DNA of 64,000 bases from Macrostomum hystrix. Its lineage: Eukaryota > Animalia > Platyhelminthes. Below, one piece after another: positions 1 through 13,100 of this stretch. The stretch is from NCBI GenBank assembly GCA_950097015.1, contig CATNEN010000029.1, positions 2,108,001 through 2,172,000 of the forward strand, given 5' to 3'. A model generated the notes under the pieces. The model had not been told where the DNA came from. It did no database searches and saw only the letters and a list, made by a program, of their open reading frames with translations. Position numbers and translations under genes: made by a program. The stretch's first letter is position 1; each line of letters opens with the position of its first letter.

Positions 1-136
1 CACCTGACACCCACCTGATAGACCAGACACTCACATGATAGACAAGACACTCACCTGATAGACCAGACACCCACCTGATAGACCAGACACTCACATGTTA
101 GACAAGACACTCACCTGATACACCAGACACTCACAT
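1..136. repeat. 20-bp minisatellite (cacctgatagaccagacact)
   Basis: Direct periodicity; runs off the window start. Confidence 0.9.
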
Positions 137-157
137 GCTTCTCACGAATTCGCGCAG

Positions 158-1126
158 GCAACTTTACGGCCACAGTCCGGTTGTACAACAGAGCGGGCTC
201 CCAGACCATCTTGTGGTCGCAGCTCATCTATTCCCAAATCGTGAACCTGAACCGCGAGATCACACTCTACCCGGGTGTTTACACTGGCAACGCCCCTGTG
301 CAGGCCATGAGCTTGACCTACGCCTATCCCATCGAGTATCCGCTGAAGTTTATCGCTGTCACTCAGTTCGGCCAGCTGTCACCGCTACTGTACAACTGGG
401 ACTTCGGCGACGGTGGCACATCCGTCACCACAGTGAACTGGATCGAGCGCAAGTTCGACAAGCCGCTGCGATTCACTGTCCGTGTGAATGTGACCAACCC
501 GCTGGTGTGGCAGGCTGATGCCTACAACATTGAGCTTAAACGGAGCGCTATTGGCGTGAGCGTCGGTGCCAAGGTGGCCACGCCTATGAACTATCCCTAC
601 GAGGTGACCGTAGACTTTGGTGCCTTCCCAACCAACACCTGCTTCATCATCGACTTCAGCAACTTCGGCACCCGGGTGTCTAAGAATGGCAGCATGCACA
701 TGTTCGGCTTTGAGTCATTCTGCAACTCCGATCCGTACTTCTCGTCAAGGAAGGCGGCCAGCTACTGGGATACCCACCTGACCGACTTCTACCTGAGTGG
801 CTACCAGGCCTCACTGACTGGCAAGCCGTTTAGCAAGACCAACATCTACAAGAACTTCGAATACTACGGCGCGGCCACAGTCAGCATGCGAGCAGCCAAT
901 AGTTTCTCTAGCCAGGACTTTTTCTGGACAATGACCGTATCCAAGGGGTTCTGCTCGGTGCCAGTGCCTAACCTTGCTCCCAGGATGACTGTCACCCAGT
1001 TCTCGCGCAACCAGGATGTGGAAATTGGCGGCGACATGAAAATCTCCTGCTACAACATCAGCACGCATGTCAAGTGGACTATCGAAGAGATGAACAACGG
1101 CACCGGCCTGTGGACTAACTATCAAA
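158..1126 (+). CDS. PKD1-like exon 1 (in window): PKD domains and start of REJ
   Basis: Acceptor cgcgcag|157, GNFTATVRLYN...LLYNWDFGDG, donor a|gtaatg. Confidence 0.88.
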
Positions 1127-4100
1127 GTAATGTGGTGCTGTAAGACGCTACACTCCGACAACCCAGCCAACCAGACAGCCCAGCCAATCCAGAAACCCCA
1201 CCAATCCGCCAACCCCAACCCATCCGCCAACCCCAACCAATCCAGCAATTCCAGCCAATCCGCCACCCCAGCCAATCCACCAAACCCAGCCAATCCGCCA
1301 ACACCAACGAATCCGCCAACCCCAATCAAGCTAAACCCAGCCTATCAAGTCACAGCACAACGTCACAACACCTCCCGAATTTTTCTCCCTCAGCCCAACT
1401 GCAAGCATTCTACACGAAGCACAGGCCCACAGAGAACCTGACGAACCTGTTGGAGGGCGACTGGTCTGGCGCGACGAATCTCCACCTGCGCCGCCTGACC
1501 CTGCCAGCTTACTCGCTGCACTACCTGAAGGCCTACCGGGTCTGCGCGATCGTGGTTATGAACGACGAAATTACAATCAACGCTTCAGAGTGCGTCACAT
1601 TCTACGTGTACAAAGCGGCACTGGAGCCCTGCTTTCGCATGCACTACAGCAAGAACAACATGACCTGGATAGCCGTGGAGAACCCAGCCCAGGCGCCCTA
1701 CGGCTCAGTGCTGCGGCTCGACCCGTCATGCAGTGTTAATCCGAACAAGTTCGAAGCTGATGGCGAGAGGCCCTGCTGGTCATTCGACACCTACTGCAGG
1801 CACGACTGCGAGCAGATCGCGTTCGGAGCCAATTACTCCTACAATGCCAGCGGACAGCAGCTCGGCTGCAGGAAGCCGCGCGTCTCAGGTGGCTTTGTCA
1901 ATGAGAACACCTGCTTTATTGCGCAGTCCCTGGTCACCTGGCACTACCTGAAGCCAGTCAGCTTGGCCGACTGGTCCGCCATCAACGTCACTAGCTCCAG
2001 CTATCCCAACGAAATTGTCAAAGGCGTTTACGACAGAATTCCAGACTGGAAGAGCCAGGCTGCCATTAAAAAGTACAATTATCTGTACTACATAGCCAAC
2101 AGCATGGTGTACATCGACAGCAGCTTTAGCTTTGAAGGCGGCACTGTACATTTGACCACTGTCGTCAGCGACCTGTGCGACAATTTGGCGCCGATGCCAA
2201 CTCAGGCCTCCCTAATGATAACCACGGGCGAGCCGCCCATTGTGTCCGGAATGTAAGTGATGGAGATGTAACATTAACAATAGTATTTGTAGTAGTGAAC
2301 TTTGTTGCTCTAGTTGTTATGGTGGTGATATTAGTAGTACTAATAGTAGTAGCAACAGTGCGATTATTAGTAGTAGCAGTGTGTGTGGGTTTGGATCCAC
2401 ATGTGGATATAGTTTAGTTGTGTAGCAGACCCCTCAGCTCTCTCTCTATTTGCTGGATTTGGGATTGGTGAGCTGAGTATTTGGGGGGAATGGTAGCTTA
2501 AGTTATGAGGGTGAGAATAGGTATTTTTCACGCTGTTCGTGTTATACCCAAGGTAGCGCTAATGCCCGAGCGGCAAGACACTAGCTACTAACAATGGGAG
2601 AAGAATTGACTGCTGCTGGCACGAGGGCTTAGGTCACTGATCTGGGGCACACAGTCCGTGGGGCGTATCAAGATGGATCGAAGTTGCCGGGTGAACGTCC
2701 TTCGCAATCTCACTTACTTTCCTCTATGGGGTCCGGAATTAGTACAGTTTCATTAGGGGGATAAAGGCGAGTTTTGGGACTTCAGGGGGGTATTTAGGGA
2801 ACTTTATGTGGACTTCAGATAGACATCAGATGGATTTTTAGATGGGATTTTAGGACGGTATATTGGGATTTCAAAGGGACCATATAATAGGGTGGATTTG
2901 GGTAAAGAAGGCCGATGAGATATCTTTGGGAGAGGATTGGGAAGGCAAAGGTATCTAATTGTTTTCTCCTATTAGGAAAATCACTAAAGAACTCGATTTA
3001 TTTTAATATCGAAACAGGCAAAGAGGTAGGAAGTGGAATCGCTTATATTTCGTAGAGCAAAACGTTGGGAACGTATAGAACGTAGAGCAGGTCCAACATG
3101 GGTAACAAGGTTAACCAGTGTTAACGGGTGGTTGGTGATCGAGGTCAAGATCGCATTATATTTTTCTCTGTATATATATACCAAAATTGGGGTGGGTGCA
3201 TGTTCCGCTTGAGTGCGCATACAACGAACAAAGAGCACCGCGTGAGGTTACGACAAATAGCTAGCGCGTGAGAAAAAGTGGCGGGAATTCAAAATGAAAA
3301 GTGTCCTAATTATTCACTGCCTCAGTTGTACTAGTAGTAGTAATAGTAAGAATGTATTCGTAGCAGAATTCGTTGTTGTAGTGTTGTATTAGTAGTTGAA
3401 GTATTATTGGAGGGTCGGTGGCAGAGCGGTTAACGCGTCTGCCACTCACAACAATGTCCTTGAGCTCGATTCCGCGGCGAGGCCACATTCATTTGTGGCG
3501 CAGCCGCAGAGAGAAGGCTTGGGGGCTTGTAGTGCAATTTACGCCCTTGAAAGTTTACACTGCCTAACGATGATAAAGTCAGGGCAGTTGTACACACCTG
3601 TGTGAGTGGGTGCCTGCGTACAGTATCTGTGTGTGTGTGTGTGTGTGTGTGTTCAGGAGTCAGCGAAATAGGCAGAATTGCCTCCTCGCTGGCTGCGGGT
3701 CCAGTGTCCCCAAATTATGTGCCATTGCCCACAGCCCTCCTGCAATAATTATCATTATAAGTAGTATAATTATTTGTAGTAGTATCTCTGGTTTTAGAAT
3801 TATTTTTTGTTATTGTAGTGATTGTAGTATTTGCAGTATATTTAGAGCCAGTATCAATACTACTATTAGTATAATTAGTAGTAGTGGCACTTCAGTGGTA
3901 GTAGTCGCAAGTAAATTCTGACTGTCTCTGCTGCGAATTTTCTCCGCACTGCAGCTGCGTGAGCAACTGTTTCAAGCAGAAGATTCCGTACAAACAGAAG
4001 AACGGCGCCGACTGCTCTTTCACCTCGTTCAGCTTGAATCCGTCGTTGTTCATCAAGTTCCAGATTCACATAGAAAACTATGTCGCCGGCATAGACTATG

Positions 4101-7100
4101 GGTTCTATTGGCAGAGCACTCCGCTCAACGACTCTCTGAAAGTCTGCCCCAGCGACCTGAGCTCCGCTACACTCGATACGGACTTCAACGAGATGGAGAT
4201 CTACAACAGGGAGTGGACTAAGAAGAGTAAGTGGGACACGTGTCTTTTTTCCAGTAGTCCATTGTGTAAGAGCGTTTTCATTCCTAGAAATCAATGCCTA
4301 ACAAGCATCATAATACAATATGTCACATTTCAGATGGCGTAGAATATGCTAGCACAGGTAATTCTATTGGCAATCTCTGCTACCTCTGTGTCTATACAGA
4401 ACTTTATCTACCTTTCTGTAACTCTACCTTTCTGTAAGTCTACCTTTCTGTAACTCTACCTTTCTGTAAGTCTACCTTTCTGTAAGTCTACCTTTCTGTA
4501 AGTCTACCTTTCTGTAAGTCTATACCTTTCTGTAAGTCTACCTTTCTGTAAGTCTACCTTTCTGTAAGTCTACCTTTCTGTAATTCTACCTTTCTGTAAG
4601 TCTACCTTTCTGTAAGTCTACCTTTCTGTAACTCTACCTTTCTGTAAGTCTACCTTTCTGTAAGTCTACCTTTCTGTAAGTCTACCTTTCTGTAAGTCTA
4701 TACCTTTCTGTAAGTCATCCTTTCTGTAAGTCTACCTTTCTGTAAGTCTACCTTTCTGTAAGTCTACCTTTCTGTAAGTCTACCTTTCTGTAAGTCTACC
4801 TTTCTGTAATTCTACCTTTCTGTAAGTCTACCTTTCTGTAAGTCTACCTTTCTGTAAGTCTACCTTTCTGTAAGTCTACCTTTCTGTAAGTCTACCTTTC
4901 TGTAAGTCTACCTTTCTGTAAGTCTATACCTTTCTGTAAGTCTACCTTTCTGTAAGTCTACCTTTCTGTAATTCTACCTTTCTGTAAGTCTACCTTTCTG
5001 TAACTCTACCTTTCTGTAAGTCTACCTTTCTGTAAGTCTACCTTTCTGTAAGTCTACCTTTCTGTAAGTCTACATTTCTGTAATTCTACCTTTCTGTAAC
5101 TCTACCTTTCTGTAAGTCTACCTTTCTGTAAGTCTACCTTTCTGTAACTCTACCTTTCTGTAAGTCTACCTTTCTGTAAGTCTACCTTTCTGTAAGTCTA
5201 CCTTTCTGTAAGTCTATACCTTTCTGTAAGTCATCCTTTCTGTAAGTCTACCTTTCTGTAAGTCTACCTTTCTGTAAGTCTACCTTACTGTAATTCTACC
5301 TTTCTATAAGTCTACCTTTCTGTAAGTCTACCTTTCTGTAAGTCTACCTTTCTGTAAGTCTACCTTTCTGTGGTGAGTGGCAGAGTGGTTAACGCGTTTG
5401 CCTCTCGCACCGAGGTCCCTGAGTTCGATTCCGCGGCGAGGCCACATTTATTTGGGGCGCAGCCGCGGAGAGAAGGCTTGGGGGCTTGTCGTACAATTTA
5501 CGCCCTTGAGGGCCAACCTCCAAGGCACAGTGAGAGTGTACACTGCCCGACGATGAGAAAGTCAGAGCAGATGTACACACCTGCGTGCGTGTGTGCTCAG
5601 GAGTCAGAGAAATGGGCAGAATTGCCTCCTCGCTGGCTGCGGGTCTAGTGTCACCAAATGATGTGCCATTGGCCGCAGCCCTCCTGCAATTATTATTATT
5701 TTTTTTAACTCTACCCCTCCGCAGGCATGTCTTTTGTTTATCGACTTTATCTACTGCTAAAGATCCTAACAAAACTAGCAGCTACCTCAATCGACCCTCC
5801 AAACTCCAAGGTCGAACCTCCGCCGGCCTGTCTATCGATCCGCCAGACTTTTTCCCCAGCAAAGTTGGCTACTACATGATCCGGATGCGGGCCTGGCGCG
5901 GCAGCAACACCAGAAACTATGGCTTCAAATTTCTCTACCTGTCCGTTAATCAGGGCCCGAATGTGAGCAGCATCTCAACTAGCGTCAACCCAGCCACTGG
6001 CGAGTCAATGAAGACTCAATTCTACATCAGCTGCAGCTACCCGGCCTCAGACAGCGGCCAAATGATCTACACTATCGGCTACAGCACTAATTCAACACCG
6101 ATGTCACGAGCTGACTGCCAGCCACTCATCCTGAGTACGACTTAAGTACCCAATACTCTACCCTGTCTCCCTCACTCTACCCTGTCTCCCTAACTCTACC
6201 CTGTCTCCCTCACTCTACCCTGTCTCCCTAACTCTATCATGTCTCCCTAACTCTACCCTGTCTCCCTCCATCTACCCTGTCTCCCTAACTCTATCATGTC
6301 TCCCTAACTCTACCCGGTCTCCCTCACTCTACCCTGTCTCCCTAACTCTATCATGTCTCCCTAACTCTACCCTGTCTCCCTCCATCTACCCTGTCTCCCT
6401 AACTCTATCATGTCTCCCTAACTCTACCCTGTCTCCCTCACTCTACCCTGTCTCCCTCACTCTACCCTGTCTCCCTAACTCTACCCTGTCTCCCTCACTC
6501 TACCCTGTCTCCCTAACTCTATCATGTCTCCCTAACTCTACCCTGTCTCCCTCACTCTACCCTGTCTCCCTAACTCTTTCATGTCTCCCTAACTCTACCC
6601 TGTCTCCATCACTCTACCATGTCTCCCTCACTCTACCCTGTCTCCCTAACTCTACCCTGTCTCCCTCACTCTACCCTGTCTCCCTCACTCTACCCTGTCT
6701 CACTCACTCTACCCTGTCTCCCTAACTCTATCATGTCTCCCTAACTCTACCCTGTCTCCCTCCATCTACCCTGTCTCCCTAACTCTATCATGTCTCCCTA
6801 ACTCTACCCGGTCTCCCTCACTCTACCCTGTCTACCTCACTCTACCCTGTCTCCCTCACTCTACCCTGTCTCCCTAATTCTACCCTGTCTCCCTAACTCT
6901 ACCCTGTCTCCCTCACTCTACCCTGTCTCCCTAACTCTTTCATGTCTCCCTAACTCTACCCTGTCTCCATCACTCTACCATGTCTCCCTCACTCTACCCT
7001 GTCTCCCTAACTCTACCCTGTCTCCCTCACTCTACCCTGTCTCCCTCACTCTACCCTGTCTCCCTCACTCTACCCTGTCTCCCTCACTCTACCCTGTCTC

Positions 7101-10100
7101 CCTCACTCTACCCTGTCTCCCTCACTCTGCCCTGTCTCCCTCACTCTACCCTGTCTCCCTATCTCTATCATGTCTCCCTCATTCAACCCTGTCTCCCTCA
7201 CTCTACCCTGTCTCCCTAACTCTACCCTGTCTCCCTCATTCAACCCTGTCTCCCTAACTCTACCCTGTCTCCCTAACTCTATCATGTCTCCCTAACTCTA
7301 CCCTGTCTCCCTCACTCTACTCTGTCTCCCTAACTCTACCCTGTCTCCCTCACTCTACCCTGTCTCCCTCACTCTACCCTGTCTCCTTAACTCTATCATG
7401 TCTCCCTAACTCTACCCTGTCTACCTCACTCTACCCTGTCTCCCTCACTCTATCTACTCTGTCTCCCTCACTCTACCCTGTCTCCCTCACTCTATCACTC
7501 TGTCTCCCTCACTCTACCATGTCTCCCTCACTCTATCACTCTGTCTCCCTCACTCTACCATGTCTAATCCAGTCTGTAGTGTCTCCCTCATTCAACCCTG
7601 TCTCCCTCACTCTACCGTGTCTACCTCGCTCTACCCTGTTCCCCTAACTCTACCCTGTCTCCCTCACTCTACCCTGTCTCCCTTACTCTATCATGTCTCC
7701 CTAACTCTACCCTGTCTCCCTCACTCTACCCTGTCTCCCTAACTCTACCCTGTCTCCCTCACTCTACCCTGTCTCCCTAACTCTACCCTGTCTCCCTCAC
7801 TCTACCCTGTCTACCTCACTCTACCCTGTCTCCCTCACTCTACCCTGTCTACCTCACTCTACCCTGTCTCCCTAACTCTATCATGTCTCCCTCACTCTAC
7901 CCTGTCTCCCTCACTCTACCCTGTCTCCCTATCTCTATCATGTCTCCCTCATTCAACCCTCTCTCCCTCACTCTACCCTGTCTCCCTAACTCTACCCTGT
8001 CTCCCTCATTCAACCCTGTCTCCCTAACTCTACCCTGTCTCCCTAACTCTATCATGTCTCCCTAACTCTACCCTGTCTCCCTCACTCTACCCTGTCTCCC
8101 TATCTCTATCATGTCTCCCTCATTCAACCCTGTCTCCCTCACTCTACCCTGTCTCCCTAACTCTACCCTGTCTCCCTCACTCTACCCTGTCTCCCTAACT
8201 CTACCATGTCTCCCTCACTCTACCCTGTCTCCCTAACTCTACCCTGTCTCCCTCACTCTACCCTGTCTCCCTCACTCTACCCTGTCTCCTTAACTCTATC
8301 ATGTCTCCCTAACTCGACCCTGTCTCCCTCACTCTACCCTGTCTCCTTAACTCTATCATGTCTCCCTAACTCTACCCTGTCTCCCTAACTCTACCATGTC
8401 TCCCTCACTCTACCCTGTCTCCCTAACTCTACCCTGTCTCCCTAACTCTACCCTGTCTCCCTCACTCTACCCTGTCTCCCTAACTCTACCCTGTCTCCCT
8501 AACTCTACCCTGTCTCCCTCACTCTACCCTGTCTCCCTCACTCTACCCTGTCTACCTCACTCTACCCTGTCTCCCTAACTCTATCATGTCTCCCTCACTC
8601 TGCCCTGTCTACCTCACTCTATCTACTCTGTCTCCCTCACTCTACCCTGTCTCCCTCACTCTATCACTCTGTCTCCCTCACTCTACCATGTCTAATCCAG
8701 TCTGTAGTGTCTCCCTCATTCAACCCTGTCTCCCTCACTCTACCGTGTCTACCTCGCTCTACCGTGTCTACCTCACTCTCTCTACTCTGTCTCCCTCACT
8801 CTACCATGTCTATCCAGTCTACCCTGTCTACTTCACTCTCCCGCAGACTCGCTCACCTGTCAAGTGGAAGCCAAACTGCCGGCAGGCCTGGAGGCGAACA
8901 ACTACACCTTGACGATCTGCGTCTCCGTGTTTGACGGCGCCTTCAGCGAGGCATTTCAAACGCTCACTAAAGTGCAGGTGAACCCCAGGCAGTTGACCCC
9001 AGAGGAACTGGGAGCCAATAGTCCGTTCTTCACAGACATTCGTGCAGCCGGCGAGAGCGGCAGCGTTGTCAGCATGGCGCAGACTGTACTGCCACTGCTG
9101 TCGGCCATCAACCAGGTGTCAGCTTCGGCCGTCACTGCCACCAATGAAACGGAAACACCTGCCGCTATTGAAGCTAGGAATCAGCGAACTGAGGTTAGTG
9201 ATGATCAGCGACACTCACACACTCACCCTGGTGACACTCACACACTCACCCTGGTGACACTCACACACTCACCCTGGTGACACTCACACACTCACCCTGG
9301 TGACACTCACACACTCACCCTGGTGACACTCACACACTCACCCAGGTGACACTCACACACTCACCCTGGTGACACTCACACACTCACCCTGGTGACACTC
9401 ACACACTCACCCTGGTGACACTCACACACTCACCCTGGTGACACTCACACACACCCTGGTGACACTCACGCACTCACCCTGGTGACACTCACGCACTCAC
9501 CCTGGTGACACTCACACACTCACCCTGGTGACACTCACACACTCACCCTGGTGACACTCACACACTCACCCTGGTGACACTCACGCACTCACCCTGGTGA
9601 CACTCACACACTCACCCAGGTGACACTCACACACTCACCCTGGTGACACTCACACACTCACCCTGGTGACACTCACACACACCCTGGTGACACTCACGCA
9701 CTCACCCTGGTGACACTCACGCACTCACCCTGGTGACACTCAAGCACTCACCCTGGTGACACTCACACACTCACCCTGGTGACACTCACACACTCACCCA
9801 GGTGACACTCACACACTCACCCTGGTGACACTCACACACACCCTGGTGACACTCACGCACTCACCCTGGTGACACTCACGCACTCACCCTGGTGACACTC
9901 AAGCACTCACCCTGGTGACACTCACACACTCACCCTGGTGACACTCACACACTCACCCTGGTGACACTCACACACACCCTGGTGACACTCACGCACTCAC
10001 CCTGGTGACACTCAAGCACTCACCCTGGTGACACTCACACACTCACCCTGGTGACACTCACACACTCACCCAGGTGACACTCACACACTCACCCTGGTGA

Positions 10101-13100
10101 CACTCACACACACCCTGGTGACACTCACGCACTCACCCTGGTGACACTCACGCACTCACCCTGGTGACACTCAAGCACTCACCCTGGTGACACTCACACA
10201 CTCACCCTGGTGACACTCACACACTCACCCTGGTGACACTCACACACACCCTGGTGACACTCACGCACTCACCCTGGTGACACTCACGCACACACCCTGG
10301 TGACACTCACACCACTCACACACTCACCCTGGTGACACTCACACACTTACCCTGGTGACACTCACGCACTCACCCTGGTGACACTCACACACTCATCCTG
10401 GTGACACTCACACACTCACCCTGGTGACACTGACATGAATAAAATCGTCATTAGCGTTAAGCCATTGTTAGAGGCCAAAAAGCACATTCTGTTGCGTGAC
10501 CCTCCAGGCTAAAACCCTGATCGTGTCAGCAGCCAAGTCCGCCATCACCGGGTCGAACCCCAACTCGAGTGACACCGAGCAGCTGCAGACTCTGATGCTG
10601 GTTGGCGCAATGCTGAAAGGTGCCACCTCTGTGGCCAACGAAATCAGCAATGCCAACATGTTGGAAACTTCTCAGGTCGGCGACATCATGTCTAAACGAC
10701 TGAGCATATTGTCCAACGCCCAGAGTGTGACCTTCGATCAGGTCAAGGAGACAAGCAAACTCATTCTTGAGTCCTCGATGAATCTGCTTAACGCTGCTGT
10801 CTCCATACAGCAGAATCAGATATCTAATGGCAGCAGCAGCGGCAGCAGCAGCGGCAGCAGCAGCGGCAGCAGCAGCGGCAGCAGCAGCGGCAGCAGCAGC
10901 AGCAGCAGCATTATTGACACATCGACGATGCCAACGGAGGTGAGACGAGAAAAGTCAGCTGTAGCTCTGCGCGTTCTGGAGAATTTCCGCACTACCGCGC
11001 TGGCACTTAGCAACAAGCAGGTGCCGGGAGAGACGCCCACCAGGATTGAGCTCCCCAGCATCACGCTGAATGTGGAGAAGCAGTCCGCCAATCAGATCGT
11101 TGGCAGTGAGTGCAGCCTGTGTGTGAGTGTGCCTGCGTACGGTATCTGAGTGCGTGTGTGCTCACGAGTCAGCGGAATAGGCAGAATTGCCTCATCCGCT
11201 GGCTGCGGGTCTAGTGTCACCAAATCGATTTGCCAAAACCCTAACGTACTCAAGCAAACTACTGCTACTATTAGTAATATAATTCGTAATCATCAACGCA
11301 GAGACCTTCGCCAAAGGCTCGAGCCCGCGGTCGGGCGCCTCAATTGGCACCGGACAGACTGCGAACGGCAGCATCTTCACGGAGCCCAGCCCCTACGATC
11401 CGAATGAGTATCAGGCCTCGCAAACTGTGGTTGCTCAGGTGCGCCTGCTGCTGGGGTGTGGATGTAGGGTGCGGATGTAGGGTGTGGATATAGGGTGTGG
11501 ATATAGGGTGTGGATGTAGGGTGTGGATATAGGGTGTGGATGTAGGGTGTGGATGTAGGGTGTGGATGTAGGGTGTGGATGTAGGGTGTGGATGAAGGGT
11601 GCGGATGAAGGGTGTGGATGAAGGGTGTGGATGTAGGGTGTGGATGTAGGGTGTGGATGAAGGGTGCGGATGAAGGGTGTGGATGTAGGGTGTGGATGAA
11701 GGGTGTGGATATAGGGTGTGGATGTAGGGTGTGGATGTAGGGTGTGGATGTAGGGTGTGGATATAGGGTGTGGATGAAGGGTGTGGATGTAGGGTGTGGA
11801 TGTAGGGTGTGGATGTAGGGTGTGGATGAAGGGTGTGGATGTAGGGTGTGGATGTAGAGTGCGAATGTAGGGTGTGAATGTAGGGTGTGAATGTAGGGTG
11901 TAGATGTAGGGTGCGGATGTAGGGTGTGGATGTAGGGTGTGGATGAAGGGTGTGGATGTAGGGTGTGGATGTAGGGTGTGGATGAAGGGTGTGGATGTAG
12001 GGTGTGGATGTAGGGTGTGGATGAATGGTGTAGATGAAGGGTGTGGATGTAGGGTGTGGATGAAGGGTGTGGATGTAGGGTGTGGATGTAGGGTGTGGAT
12101 GAAGGGTGTGGATGAAGGGTGTGGATGAAGGGTGTGGATGAAGGGTGTGGATGTAGGGTGTGGATGTAGGGGGTAGCTGTCGGTTGTGGATACAGATTTG
12201 AAATATGGAGTGTTGATTTTTTATGATTTTTCGATGTGATGTAGAAATTGGTAAGGGATGTAGTGCTGGGTAAACCTAGAGATGTAGGTGATGCAGATCT
12301 TTCTTAATGAATCCTTGAAATCCGATCTCAACCGCAGGTAATTGAGAACAAGGCGCAAATATTCTCCATGGCTGGCAATGGCAGCCGCATGACTTCGCCA
12401 GTGTTCAGCATCGGCATCTACAGCGACCGTCAGTACAAGTTCCCGGCGAGTAACCTGGTAGACGACTCGCTGATCGAATCGTGGATTACAAACGAGCCAA
12501 AGTTTGTAGCCGCCATTGTGCCGGATATCAATTCGACAAAGTTGAAGTCTAAGCGCATGATAGTCAACAAGGTGAGCGTGAAGCAGTTTGACGGCCTGTT
12601 CGCCCAGGTCAAGCAGCACGTGGACGCGGCGGTCAAGCAACTCCGAGGAGGCGCCACGGACGACGCTGCGAACTCCACAACCGGCGCGCCCACCACCACA
12701 ACCGAAGCCGGCACAACAACAATGCCAGGCCAGGCTACCAGATCGCCAACCGGGGACCAGATGGTGGAGTTTCTGGTGTACGTCTCGGCTGGCAAGGCTC
12801 CCACAGATCTGAAGTACGACTATTTCTGCCAGCTGCCACAGCTGAAGCGGCGCAGCTGCTCCAGATCAACAGCGAGGCAGGCCGCCAGCGAGCGCCAGGT
12901 CGGCGACTCCGACGATGTCGCAACCACCACCGCGACCGCGCCCACCCCGGCGCCAAACTATCTAGTGGAGTCTTGCAACTGCAGCGGCTCTGGCGGCAGC
13001 GGCGCCTGCTTCAAGGTCGACGCGAATGTCACAGCGACTAGCAGCGGAGACTGGCTCCTGACAAAGTGCGTCTGCAACAGCACCGGCTGCGTCAAGGTCG

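Noticed and set aside
1130-1441. NPANP-rich ORF resembling a circumsporozoite-type repeat
   Set aside because: It lies in intron 1, out of frame with the flanking exons, and derives from a CA-rich repeat.
5372-5450. Possible tRNA gene (A and B boxes, CCA)
   Set aside because: No coherent acceptor stem, and it continues into a SINE body present in six copies.
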